DNA from: Gekko japonicus
Taxonomy: Eukaryota
DNA: 64,000 nucleotides
NCBI RefSeq assembly: GCF_001447785.1
Contig: NW_015172565.1
Coordinates: forward strand, 992,578 to 1,056,577
Direction of reading: 5' to 3'
Position numbers and translations under genes: made by a program. Numbering within the stretch: position 1 is the stretch's first letter; the number at the start of each line of letters is the position of its first letter. The notes under the pieces were generated by a model. The model was not told where the DNA came from, searched no databases, and saw nothing but the letters and a program-made list of their open reading frames with translations. Shown one piece after another: positions 1 through 13,098 of the stretch.

Positions 1-769
1 TTCTGCTTGCCCATCTCTCGCCTCTGCACCTCATCTTCTGCCAGGCATGGAGGAGCCCAGCTTGCCCAGGCTTCTTTCCTCCTGCTGCCTTGGCCCTCTG
101 GTGCACGGGTGAGTCCCCAAAGTTTGACTCTTCCTCTACAAGTTTCTGGCACGGGAGGTATTCGCTTCCTTCCCTCCTGCCTGCTATGGCTGCATAATTG
201 TGAGAGATTTCTTAACATAGTGTTCCTGCCAGGGAAGCTGGGGACCCTGCCCATGAGTCTCCATTTCATCCTCACAACAACCCTGTGGGGTAGGTTAGGT
301 AGAGAAGGGGAGATTTGGCCCGGGGTCACTCAGCCAGCAGAGTGAGAATACAAACCTGGGTCTCCCCACATCAATCTGCAACTCTGACCACTGTGCAGTG
401 CTGCCTCTACTGATCTGTAATGTTCCAGAGGTGTTGTAATGTAATACTCAGTTTCTCAAACGAGTGTATGCCTGTCTGTTGGTCCACTTAGGAGTCTTGA
501 TCCTGGTTGTGTGGTGGGCTAGTTGTGGCAAATGGTAGGGAAGCTCAGTATTTCTGTACACAGTTGTAGGAGCTTTATTGCAATGTGGTATGGCCTGATA
601 TTATGTTCTTATTCCAGTGTGGGGTGTGTGTGGGGCAATGGAAGCTGAGTGATAGGGTCTCTCCAAGTGATTGCCAGAAGTGAGATGTGTCCTGGTCTTT
701 TGTCTTACAGATAATCTTACAAGTAGCCCTTTGCATTTATATCATGTTTTCAACTTTAAAAGGATCATA

Positions 770-1085
770 TTGCTGATTGTGTGAACTTAGGCAAATCATG
801 AGAGGTAGAGCAGGAAGGGTTGCATCAGTGCTTAGTTCTTGTGGCCCTTTCTTACATCCCCAGGGAAATGCTGATTGTCACTTTGCGGACAGGAAACAAT
901 TTTTCTCCAGGCCAGTTTGGCCCCCAGTGATCCTGGGTTTTTAAAAAAAATCATATTCTGGGCGTGGAACAGGGGTCACTGGGGTGTGTGGAGGGTATTG
1001 GTGAATTTCCTGCATTGTGCAGGGGGTTGGACTAGATGACCCTGGAGATCCCTTCCCACTCTATGAATCTATGATTCTATAATTC
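770..1085 (+). mobile_element. CR1 LINE 3' UTR fragment
   Basis: Ends in the CR1 3' motif GGGGGTTGGACTAGATGACC...CCCTTCC followed by an (ATTCTAT)-type tail; closely similar to the 3' end of the CR1 at 6489-7426. Confidence 0.85.
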
Positions 1086-1900
1086 ACCCAGGCTGGCTGT
1101 GGGCACACCAGCACCTCTGTCAGGCAGAAACACCTGAGATCCTCCCCCTCCCCTTCGCTGACTTGGAGGCGAAGGGAATGGAGAGGGGGGAAAGAATGGA
1201 TCCCAGGTGCTTCTGCCTGTCAGAGGGGCTGGTGCACACTTCCGGTGATGTCAGGGTGTGTGGCATATGCTAATAAGTTATGCTAATGAGCTCCTGCAGC
1301 TCTTTTTCTACGAAATGACCCCTGCTTAAGAGGCTGAAGACTGCATTAGGTAAATTGACAAGACCTGTGAAACCTCCTTGGAAATACAGATTGTTTCTGG
1401 CTCAATCGCAGGCAACGTTTTGCAAGTGGAACCTTCGAGGTTTTCAGCTTGTGGTGTCTCCAGTTCAAGCAGCCCGTGTGAGTCAGTCCGTGTCTGGGTT
1501 GGGCCAGGCAGTCAGAATGGGCTTCCGGACTTTTAAGGCGGCTAGACTCTGCCTGGTATATATAAAGAGGTGGAGAGTCATCAGGCCACCAACGGGCTAC
1601 TTCCTTTTGAACTCCCTCGGGAACTGCTAAACGGAACCAGAGCCAACCAGCCAGCCGCAGACATGCCGCTTACTGCTTGGGGCTGCGAGGCCCATTCCGA
1701 GTAGCTCTGGCCTCTCTCGCCTCCGCGAACCTTCCCCTCCCTCAAAAACCCTTTTCAGGCAAGCGGTGTACAAACGGGGGACACGGTGTATGTAAAAAGG
1801 TGCTTGCCAGCAGGCTGCCCGTTACCTGTAGATTTTCCCCATCCCCCTCTTCCCTCCTTACAACGCAAAGGAGAACAAGGGATCAACTCTGGACCCAAAC

Positions 1901-2410
<510 letters not shown>

Positions 2411-3178
2411 TCTCTACATTTGAAATCTCGCGCCTCGGCGCGGGAAATAGGCCGCCCACTACCGTCCTTTTTCTCCCCCAGTCGGGGAAGGTTCCGGGAC
2501 ACACAACGGCTTCTCCGCGCGCGCAGTCCCGGTTCTCTGACTGCGTTACTTTTGGGGCGTGAACTTAGCCCTGGTTGAGGGTTCCCTTCCCTTCACTAAG
2601 AACTCTTGTTCGCCTCGTTCCACCTCCCTTAAAGCATCCAGATAGGTTTATGAGGTTTCCTTCAGCAAGTCTTGTTATTTAAACTTTTTGGCCATTCATG
2701 TTTTCTGTCATTTAGATCTAGGCCCTGCTCCCGTGGCGAACCCGCGGAAGGTGCGGATTAAAAAACTAGTACTTAGGTACTAGTTTCTGGAAAGCATGGG
2801 CCAAGGGCGGGAGTCTGATCGCTTCCAGTGGACTTACATGGCATCTGGCGTCTGTCTCCCAAGTTGTGCAACAGCGCCCAACAGTGTATGCGCACAAAGA
2901 GCGATTGCTAGTGCGATCGCGGCTTCTCTGCTGCTTTGCAGGATACCTGTCTGGTTGGCATCTCTCCCCTACCCACGGGACCTCGACCAAGATGTGTGCT
3001 TGGGCAGCTGCGCGTTAGTTTCCTCCGGGGCAATTAGTCACACCTCCTCCCTGCAATATCTGGCCCGTGTGACTGGGGCCCTAGTTTGTTAAATATGGGC
3101 TTCAAGGTGGAGATCTGACTGATCTGAAAACCGTTCTTTATTTTATTGACAAACAAAACACAGATTCCTCCACTTGAT

Positions 3179-5995
3179 TTGTTGTTCAGTCGCACAGTCA
3201 AGTCCGACTCTTCGTGACCCTATGGACCAGATCACGCCAGGCCTTCCTGTCTTCCGCCGAACTCTGAAGTTTGCTCAATTTTATGTTCGTTGCATCTATG
3301 ACACTGTCTAACCATCTCATCCTTTACCGTCCTGTCTTCTTTGACCTTCAATCTTTCCCAGCATCAGGGTCTTCTCCAGTGAGTGCTCCCTTCTCATTTG
3401 GTAGCCAAAATATTTGAGCCTCAGTTTCATTATCTGGCCTTCCAGGGAACAGTCAGGGTTGATTTCTTTTAGGATTGACTGATTTGATCTTCTTGCAGTC
3501 CAAGGGACTCTCAAGAGTCTTCTCCAGCACCATAGTTCAAAAGAATCTATTCTTTGGCGCTCGGCCTTCCTTATAGTCCAAGTCTCGCAGCCATACATGA
3601 CTACTGGGAATACCATTGCTTTGACCATGCGGACTTTTGTTGGCAGGGCGATGTCTCTACTTTTTATCATGCTGTTTAGGTTCGCCATCGCTTTCCTCCC
3701 AAGGAGAAGGCGTCTTTTAATTTCATGGCTGTCATCACAGTCTGCGGTGATCTGGGATCCCAGGAACGTGAAGTCTGTCACTACTTCCACGACTTCCCCT
3801 TCTATTTGCCAAGGAGTGATGAGGCCGGAAGCCATGATCTTAGTTTTTTTGATGTTGAGCTTCAAGCCCACTTTTGCGCTCTTTTACTCTGAACAAGAGG
3901 CTCTTTTTTTTAGGTCCTCTTCACTTTCTGCCATTGCTTCTTGGCCCTTATACAGGTTTCTCAAGAGACATGTGAGGTGGTCTGGTACTCCCATCTCTTT
4001 AAGGACCTGCCATAGTTTGTTGTGATCCACACAGTCAAAGGCTTTAGCATAGTCAATGAAGCAGAAGTAGATATTTTTCTGGTACTCTCTTGCTTTCTCC
4101 ATAATCCAGCGAATGTTGGCAATATGATCTCTCGTTCCTCTACCTCTTCGAAACCCAGCTTGTACTTCTGGTAGTTCTCTATCCACGTACTGTTGAAGCC
4201 TAGCTTGTAGGATCTTGAGCATGACCTTGCTAGCGTGTGATATGAGTGCAATTGTGCGATAGTTTGAACATTCCTTGGCGTTGCCCTTCTTTGGGATTGG
4301 AATGTATACTGATCTTTTCCAATCCTGTGGCCACTGTTGCGTTTTCCAAATTTGCTGGCAAATGGAGTGCAGCACTTTAACAGCATCATCTTCTAAGACT
4401 TTGAATAGCTCAGCTGGAATACCATCACCTCCACTAGCTTTGTTGTTAGCAATGCTTTCTAAGGCCCATTTAACTTCACATTCCAGGATGTCTGGCTCAA
4501 GGTCAGTGATTATACCGTCGTGTTTGTCAAGGACATTGAGGTCTTTCTTGTATAGTTCTTCTGTGTATTCTTGCCATCTTTTCCTAATCTCTTCTGCTTC
4601 TGTTAGGTCCCTACCGTTTTTGTCCTTTATCATGGCCAGCTTTGCATGGAACGCTCCCTTGATTTCTCCAATTTTCTTGAAGAGATCTCTAGTCCTTCCC
4701 ATTCTATTGTTTTCTTCTATTACTTTGCACTGTTCATTCAGGAAGGCCTCCTTATCTCTCCTTGCTGTTCTCTGGAAATCTGCGTTCAGTTGGGTAAATC
4801 TTTCCTTTTCGCCTTTGCCTTTCGCTTTCCTTCTTTCCTCTGCTATTTGTAAAGCCTCATCAGAAAGCCACTTTGCTTTCTTGCATTTCTTTTTCTTTGG
4901 GATGGTGGTGATTGCTGCCTCCTGTACGATGTCACGAACCTCTGTCCATAGTTCTTCAGGCACTCTATCTATCAAATCCAGACCCTTGAATCTATTCTTC
5001 ACCTCTACTGTATATTCATCAGGGATGTGATCTAGGTCAAACCTGAATGGCCTCGTGGTTTTCCCGATTTTCTTCAGTTTAAGTCTGAATTTTGCAATGA
5101 GTAGCTCATGATCTGAGCCACAGTCAGCTCCAGGTCTTGTTTTTACTGACTGGATAGAGCTTCTCCATCTTTGACTGCAAATTATATAGTCAATCTGATT
5201 TCGGTGTTGCCCATCTGGTGATGTCCATGTGTAGAGTCGCCTCTTAGGTTGTTGGAAAAGGGTGTTCGCTATGACCAGTGTGTTCTCTTGACAAAACTCT
5301 GTTAACCTTTGCCCTGCTTCATTTTGCTTTCCAAGGCCAAACTTGTCTGTTATTCCGGTTACCTTTTGACTTCCTACTTTAGCATTCCAGTCCCCTATGA
5401 TGATATCATTTTTTGGTGTTAGTTCTATGAGGTGTTGTAGGTCTTCATAGAACTGGTCCACTTCAGCCTCTTCTGCATCAGTGGTTGGGGCATAGACTAG
5501 GATTACTGTGATGTTGAAAGGTTTTCCTTGGAATCGCACTGAAATCATTCTATCATTTTTGAGATTGTATCCCAGTACTGACTTTTGCACTCTCTTGTTG
5601 ACTATAAAGGCCACACCATTTTTTCTACGAGATTCCTGGCCACAGTAGTAGATATAATGGTCTTCTGAGTTAAATTCACCCATTCCTGTCCAGTTTAGTT
5701 CACTGATTCCTAAGATATCAATGTTCAGTCTTGCCATCTCATTTTTGACCACGTCAAGTTTACCTTGATTCATAGATCTTACCTTCCAGGTTCCTATGCA
5801 GTATTCTTCTTTGCAGCATCGGACTTTCCTTTCACCATCAGACAGATCCACAACTGAGCGTCCTTTCGGCTTTGGCCCAGCCGCTTCACTCTTTCTGGGG
5901 TTACTTGTACTTGCCCTCTGCTCTTCCTCAGTAGCATATTGGACACCTTCCGACCTGAGGGGCTCATCTTCCAGTGTCATATCTTTTAGCCTTTT
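3179..5995 (-). mobile_element. BovB (RTE-clade LINE), near full length, RT core deleted
   Basis: ORF 5980-3884 has an AP-endonuclease (ILGISEL, IIIGDWNAK, QIDYI, SDH) and the RT N-terminus (QAGFR, FIDYAKAFD). ORF 3871-3317 is the BovB C-terminus. (CAA)n-type tail at ~3179-3190. Confidence 0.95.
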
Positions 5996-6488
5996 AGACC
6001 AAATAGTGGAAATAGATATCTTTTAATCTTTCTGGATGATACTCAGTTGCATATCTGCTAAGGCAAAAGAGTAAAGTTCACAAATTCCTCAAGAGATACA
6101 TAGATATTTGGAAGAAAATCCTCAAATGCCACATACAGATAACGGTGGTGAGTTTATATCACATCACACACAAACCTTCTTGGTATCCTCAACAAGAAGT
6201 TAATGAGCTTTACACCTGAGCAGAATGGCACTGCTGAAAGGAAATCTTCAATGGAGATGAGCAAATGCACACTCATGAATGCAGGCCTACCCAATAAATG
6301 GTGGGGCAAAGCAATCCTGACTGCAAACTATCTCCAGAACAGACTGCCCACAAAAGGGAGCACACATATACCTTACCAGATACACCATGGCAAGGTGCCA
6401 GACATGGGACACATTAGAGTATTTGGAAGTAAGCCCTTCTCATTTGAAGTTTGTGTCAAGCATGTGATTCACTTTGATGAAAGCAGAG

Positions 6489-7426
6489 CAAGGCTGGAAA
6501 ACTGGGTTAAAACACATTTAATGAATTTCAGTAGGAATAAATGTAAAGTTCTGAATTTAGGTAGGAAAAATCAAATGCATAATTATAGGTTGGGGGAGAC
6601 TTGTCTTGGCAGTAGTATGTGCGAAAAGGACCTAGGGGTCTTACACTGAACATGAGTCAGTGTGATGTGGTTGCTAAAAAGGCAAATGCCATTTTGGGCT
6701 GTATCAACAGAAGTATAGTGTCCAGATCATGCAAAGTGATGGTACCACTTTGCTCTGGCTATACCTCACCTAGAATATTGTGTTCAGTTTTGGACACCAC
6801 AATTTAAAAAGGATATAAAAAAGCTGGAACATGTCCAGAGGAGAGCAACGAAGATGGTGAGGGTATGGAGACTAAGTCCTATTAGGACAGGTTGAAGGAC
6901 CTGGGTATGTTTAGCCTGGAGAGGGCTGAGAGGTGATATGATCACCAGCTTCAAGTACTTGAAGGGCTGTCGTATAGAAGAGGGTACGAAGTTGTTTTTT
7001 GTTGCCCCAGAAGGTCGGACAAGAACCAATGAGTTGAAATTAAAGCAGAAATGTTTTCGGCTAAACATTAGGAAGAACTTCCTGACAGAGCAGTTCCTCA
7101 GTGGAGCAGGCTTCCTCAGGAGGTGGTGGGCTCTCCTTTTTTGGAGGTTTTAAAAGAGAGGCTGGATGGCCATCTGACAGCAATGCTGATTGTGTGAACT
7201 TAGGCAGATAATGAGAGGGAGGGCAGGAAGGGTTGCCTCAGTGTTTAGTTCTTGTGGCCCTTTCTCCAGGCTGGTTTGGCCAGGGATCCTGGAGGTTTTT
7301 GGTCATCTTCTGGGTGTGGAACAGCGGTCACCGTGGGTGTGGAGGGGGAGGTATTTGTGAATTTCCTGCATTGTGCAGGGGTTTGGACTAGATGACCCTG
7401 GAGGTCCCTTCCAACTCTATGATTCT
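6489..7426 (+). mobile_element. 5'-truncated CR1 LINE inserted in the copia relic
   Basis: ORF2 C-terminal peptides (KCKVLNLGRKN, EKDLGVL, AKKANAILGCI, FKYLKG) plus the CR1 3' UTR; AGAG on both flanks (6485-6488, 7427-7430). Confidence 0.92.
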
Positions 7427-8299
7427 AGAGAAGGGACTGCATCATGTGACACAGAAAAAGCAGATGACCTGTACTGGCTCTTGACTTTGAACCAGTATGC
7501 AATGATGAAACATTAGAATAAGACACACAACCTGAGAATGCAGATTCTGAAGCAATCGTGCCAGAGATTCAGAGCAGTGCAGGTGTACTGGACAGCTCTG
7601 TAACAGCAGATGAAAATCCAAGACCATGCCTCTGATGCTCATTGTGACTGAACAAAGGCATTCTAACCTTCTGCTTGTCCTACTTCGCAAGGTCAGTGTT
7701 ACCATCTGAACTTTGTACTTCGGAGGAAATAGGATAGATGGCAACAACCAAAGCCAGTAGGTGGAAGAAGGCAGAACAAGAGGAGATTGATACTCTACAC
7801 AAAAATAAAATGTGGACCTTGACAAAGCTACCACTAGGAAAGAATCCTATTGGATGCAGGTGGGTGTTTAAGGTCAAAGAAGATGCTGACAGAAACGTGG
7901 AATGTTACAAAGCAAAATTAGTTGCTAAAGGCTTCTCACAAAAACATGGTACGGACTTTGATGAAGCCTTTGCACCAGTGGTGAAACATGGTACAATCAG
8001 ATTACTTTTGAGCATCGCAGGGTCCAAGAAGATGCATGTCAAACATCTAGATGTAAAGACAGCATTTCTTCATGGGGAGGTTCAAGAAGATCTGTACATG
8101 GAGCTGCCAGAAGGTTTTATAGACCCCAAACAACCAAATTTAGTCTGCAAACTGCAGACAGGGCTGTATGGACTAAAACAGGCAGCATGTGCCTGGAACA
8201 AAAAATTACATGCAGTGCTCATAGTGCAAGACTTCAAGCAAGGAGAAGCGGATTCATGTCTGTACACTAAACACAAAGATGGATATTGTACTTATATAC

Positions 8300-8940
8300 T
8301 GTCATGAGCTGGGCTGGGCCAGGAGGCAGAAGTCAGGTCCGGTCTGGGGGGGTCATAGCCAGAAGAGACAGAACGGGAGCCGAGTCAAGAGTCCAAGAGA
8401 ATATTCGTCTGAAGCAGGAGGTCAGAAGGCTGGAATCAAAATAGGAGCAAGATCTGGGAACAGGAACCGAGGGTGGGTGCAAGGTCAGCACGGATGCAAC
8501 TTGTTGCTTCCACAGAGAGCCCAACCCTGAGTGGGAGCTATACAGGCCTCTGGCAGTGCTTCCCTCAGTGATGGTGGCGCTCCTGTCAGTACTCAGGGCT
8601 CGGCACCCGCCTTCCCTACCAGAATGTGTCTCAGTGGCAGGTTGCTAAGCCCCTATGGAGCTGTTCCCTCAGTTGAGCCACCTGTGGAGGTGAATCAGGC
8701 GGGCTTTCTGTTTGCACATGTACCTTGTCGGCTCCTGCAGGGGGGATTTCTGTTTGCACCTGTACCTCGTCAGCTGCTGCAGGACCAGGTGCAGGGATTA
8801 CTGGCTCCGGCGCTAGTGGCGGCAAGCTGTCAACTCCCGAGGAGTCAGAGGAGCCAGCTTCCAGCTCTGGTGACACCAGCGACTCCGGCTGCACTGACAA
8901 CTTGGGCATGGGCCTGGCGCTGTCGCCACCGCCCATGACA
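8300..8940. mobile_element. Solo LTR (641 bp, family unassigned) inserted in the copia RT
   Basis: Termini TGTCATG...CATGACA; 5-bp TSD TATAC/TATTC; removing it restores copia TYILTYVDDL. Confidence 0.85.
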
Positions 8941-9264
8941 TATTCTCACATATGTTGATGACTTGATTCTGTGTTATGACAGGCAAACAGACTATAACAG
9001 TGTGGTAGGGTGCCTAAACAGAGAAACAGAAATTAGGGAGCTAGAAGATGTTTCTTACTACTTGTGCATACAAATTGAAAGGAAGTAGGATGGTTAATTT
9101 CTCCTAAACCAGAGACAGAAAATAGTTGAACTCTTACAGATATTAGGTCTAGAAAATGCCAACGCAGTGGCAACACCTATGGAAACTGACTTTCTTAATA
9201 ATACCAAAATAAGTGAGCCTTTACCTAAAGACAACCAGTACAGAAATGCCACAGGGAAACCTCT

Positions 9265-11048
9265 TTTTTTTTTTTGAGCCCCCGGAGGGGATTTTTTATT
9301 GATTTTTTATCACTGCAAAAAACTACAACAGAAAAAAGGGAAGGGGAAAACTACACATACGGGAGAAAGTAAAGTACCCACTACTAACTAAAAACCCAAG
9401 AGAGGCGATCCTCCAACTAGCTTTTATACATCCAGTCTTTTCATTGTTTTTCTTTTTATGAACTGTGTCAAACTTTTAAATTTTTTTACCCTCCCAGTTT
9501 ACATTTAACTGCCCAATAACAGTGCCCCCAATCATCCCCAGGAACCAAAGTTCTCAAAGGCACAATTCAGAGTCCTTCAGCCTTTTTACTTCTTCTTCTC
9601 TTCCGCAGCTTGTAGGGACTTTTCGGGGCTGCTGCCCCCCGCTCAGACAGAGAGCCCTCACCAGATGAACCAGTTTCCAGCTCGCCACTGGACCAGCTGT
9701 CCTCTTCTTTTTTCTCATCCTCTGGCCTTCCCAGCTGTTCCTTTAGAAATTCTTGAGCTTTCAGAACAGAGTCAATCTTTTCCTTCTTCTCTTTAATCTT
9801 AAATGTTACTCCTTCTGGAAATAGCCATTTATATCCAATTGAGTTTGTTTGGAGAAAGAGCACAAGTTCTTTATATTTCTTTCTGCGTTGTCTTACTTCA
9901 AATGGAATATCCTTTAGTGTTCTAACAGCATTCTCCCCTGCCTTCAGGGGTGTTGCAGCCACTGCTTTCAGGATAGCATCCCTGATGTGCCTCTTCGAGA
10001 ATCTTACTACAATTTCCCCAGGCAGATTATTTTTCTTTATATATCCTGAATATGACCTATAGGCCACATCCATATCGTTAAGTAGCAAGTCCGCCTTTAT
10101 TTCTGTGACTGGGGCAAGTAATTCACTCATAAGTTCTTTAAGATTCTCTCCTTTGTTCTCTGGCACCCCCTGGAAGCGCAGGACCATGTTGGCCTTATCC
10201 ATTTGTACTTGAAGCATTTGATCTTCTAAAGAAGAGGTTTTCTTTTCCAATTTTTGCACTTTCTTCTTCACTTTCTGCGTTTATTCAGCTACTTCCTTTA
10301 CTTTCTCAGCATCCTGCTTCATTACTTGAATCAGATCAGTTATTTGCGTTTGTTGCGCAGAAATGCTCTGTGTTACCATGGACATCTGCTCTTTGAAGTT
10401 ATTCAGCTGTTCCAGTAGAGGGCGCATGAACTCAGCTATAGCTTTTGCCGTCTCACTGGTCGTTTCTGGCTTAGGGGACTCTAGTTTCGTTTTCAAAAGT
10501 CTTTCTTTGTCTTTGTCCCTCTTCCTTGCCATCTTTTACTTTCGGAAAGTTTTCAAAAGTCTCTGAATATGCGCTTGACTGCTTAGCTTGATTGGGTAAG
10601 TACTTCTGGGCAATTTAATCGCGTTTCTCCCCCCCCCACTCAACAGTTTATGCGTTTGGGAGGTGTCCCCCCCTGCTCGCTTTTCCCGTTCCGTGGAGTA
10701 GGGCAGTGAGCATCTTTTCTTTCAAAAATCATTTCCCAGTTGACTCACGTTCATAGTTGGCCTTCCGACCACACTTCTTTCATCATTTTTCACACCCGAT
10801 CTCCTGCGCTTGACTCGGTTAGCTTTACTTGTACCATTCGGTCTCTCGGCTGGAAGAACCACCGGAGCAAAGGGGCGCCTCAATTCTCTGGCATTCCATC
10901 ATAGAAGAAGCTCCTTGGCCAGGGTCCCTTCGCCGGGCCCCTGGGGGGGGTTATGAGCCTACTTGCCCCCTCCTTCCACCGGAGCACGGAGATACCCCCA
11001 GGAGGTCCGGGAGGTGAGTCCGCAAGCGTGCCGCCATCAACCGGAAGT
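9265..11048 (-). mobile_element. L1-like element encoding ORF1 only (HAL1-like), 1.78 kb
   Basis: GC-rich 5' UTR starting GACTTCCGGTTGATGGCGG, then ORF1, a ~290-nt 3' UTR, AATAAA and poly(A); 16-bp TSD CCACAGGGAAACYTCT at 9249-9264 and 11049-11064. Confidence 0.9.
9567..10532 (-). pseudogene. L1 ORF1p-like reading frame (321 codons, one in-frame stop at 10281-10283)
   Basis: ORFs 10532-10281 and 10271-9567 are in the same frame: coiled-coil N-terminus, RRM motifs LRFQGVPE and EIVVRF, and C-terminal domain RQRRKKY...YKWLFP. Confidence 0.88.
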
Positions 11049-11741
11049 CCACAGGGAAACTTCTATACCTAACCACCACTAGCAAACCCGATATTACAAG
11101 CAGTGTTGGGATTCTTAGTAGAATGACAAGTGCACCAAGCAAGAAAGAGTGCAATGCAGTAAAAAGAGTGGCTGAATATCTAAAAGGAACTTTAGATTTA
11201 AAACTAAAATTGCCATCCTCCAGTAATCTAAAATTAGTTGGTTACATGGATACAGCTTGGGCAGAGTTGGTTACATGGATACAGCTTGGGCAGGAGACAG
11301 TTTAGACTATAAATCCACAGCTGGGTACTTGTTCCTGTATGGAGGTGGACCAGTCTCCTGGGCCAATAGAATGTGAACTAGTCAGTTTGTCATTCACAGA
11401 CTCTGAATATATAGCATATGCTGAAGCATCCAGAGAACTACTATGATTAGACCAGTTACTAAAGGACTTTGGAGTTGATGAGCAAAAGCCAATTCAACTT
11501 TAATTCAATTCAACATTAAGATTTCTCAATCAGAAAAAAATGGCTGCACGCACTAAGCACATTGGTGTGAAGTTTCACTTAGTGTGTGACCGAACTGAGA
11601 AAGGCATAATAGAGTTGGAGTACTGTTCAACAGAAGAGATGGTGGCTGACATCCTGAACAAACCGCTATCAAAAGACAGATATGAAAAACTACAAAATAA
11701 CCTGAATCTTGAGAACTCTTAGATAAGATGTTAAGAAGGGG

Positions 11742-12100
11742 TGTTGGATATTGTAGCTCTGCATACTAGAGGATCTGGGAGGGAAAGGGTTAAAAGAATT
11801 CTTTCACTCCCCCTACACTTGGCAGCTGGCCCCACCCTCTCAGGGGTTAGATGTTTAGCCTCTTTGGCTGTTGATGGTCTTCTGTTTCATCTTATATATA
11901 GGACCTCTCTTCTCTCTCTTACAGGGGCTTGGAACTGTAGCTCCTTTTTGAAGTTAATCTGTTCACAATCAGTTAAATGTATCTACATGAATATGTCATG
12001 TAAAATGTGCTTCTATTTTTGTAAGTAAATTTCTTTCTCTTGTTACCATTGGAGTCATATCATCTTTGTAATTTGTTTGAACAGCATTTCTCCCTTAACC
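11742..12100 (+). repeat. 3' LTR of the copia relic (right end approximate)
   Basis: Polypurine tract AAGAAGGGG (11733-11741) immediately followed by TGTTGG; TATA-like at ~11893 and AGTAAA at ~12023; the terminal CA is not clearly preserved. Confidence 0.65.
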
Positions 12101-13098
12101 TAGAAATGTGGAGGATCAGGGATACTGCATAAAGCTTCTGTGCTTCCAAGTCAAATGACAACCCCCCCCCCCCATTTAACCCAATAAAAGTTTCCCATGC
12201 TTCAGGACATAAACCCGTTTAACTCATTGGAACTTATTTCTAAAAAAGTATATAAGACTACAACCTGAAATGAAAACATTTTTTGCAAAAATGTCACGGA
12301 GGAACTATTTTTATTTATTTATTTAAAATATCTATTAGCCATCTTTCTTCCACATAGAGCTCAAGATGACTAATTACACTCATTTTGTAATTATTGGGAC
12401 AAAAACTTGAAAATTAAATGTTTTGATACTCAGTGGACTTTGAAATAAACATTAAAAGTAAAGGGTTGTTCTGAGCTAGAATGTATAGAGAGGTGCCAAA
12501 TGGAGTCTTTTAATTATCCAATTGCCACCTTATCTGAAACTTATCTGAAAGCCTGGTTAATATTATGCACCCTTTGCTTTCAAGGGGTTAGCTCTGAAGA
12601 AGGCATAAATTTTGTTCTTAATTATCCTTAGAATGGGTTCCTAAATTTGCATAGGGCAGTAAGAAGTTCAGTGTAATTACAGGCAAGAGGAGCTGGACAG
12701 AAGGGTCAATCATGTTTGATATGTTGTTATTCCTTAATATAGATGTAGAACAAGGACAGCTGTTAATAACTGACAACTGTGTAGGATTGTAAATCAAATG
12801 TGTTTTTAATTTTTTATTATTATTATCATTTTTTAAAATTCTTATCAAATTGAACCCCCGCTCTAGCTTTATCTCAATGGAAGTGCAGGCTGTTGTGTAG
12901 TGTGGATTTAAAATCTGGATGACACTGAATTAAATGTTGTGGGGATCTTATACAATTATTTATATATTACATTAACCTTCGAAGTATGTGTATGTTCTGT
13001 ACAACATTTTAGTACAATATTTAACCCCTTTTCCTCTGGGGTGGGTGAACTGGTAGGGCTTGGCTACTCTGCAATGGTGAATGTACTTTGTAGAAGTT

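Larger units (their letters stand above)
6000..12100 (+). mobile_element. Ty1/copia LTR retrotransposon relic (integrase-RT-RNase H-3' LTR) with three nested insertions
   Basis: Integrase motifs GNRYLLIFLDD (6008), TDNGGEF and TPEQNGTAER; RT 7738-8299 (YKAKLVAKGF, LDVKTAFLHG) resuming YVDDL at ~8952; RNase H ending KHIGVKFH...MVADILNKPL at 11722. The INT-RT-RH order is the copia order. Confidence 0.92.

Noticed and set aside
1490-1660. VSGLGQ peptide plus TATATAAA as a possible H2A/H4 remnant
   Set aside because: Similarity ends after a few codons and the TATA lies downstream of it; no histone fold or stem-loop.
4275-5030. 251-aa plus-strand ORF
   Set aside because: Antisense to the BovB ORF.
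11236-11293. Short direct repeats (also 22913-22979, 38170-38232) as a CRISPR-like or regulatory array
   Set aside because: Two-copy adjacent duplications without spacers in vertebrate DNA; ordinary tandem duplications.
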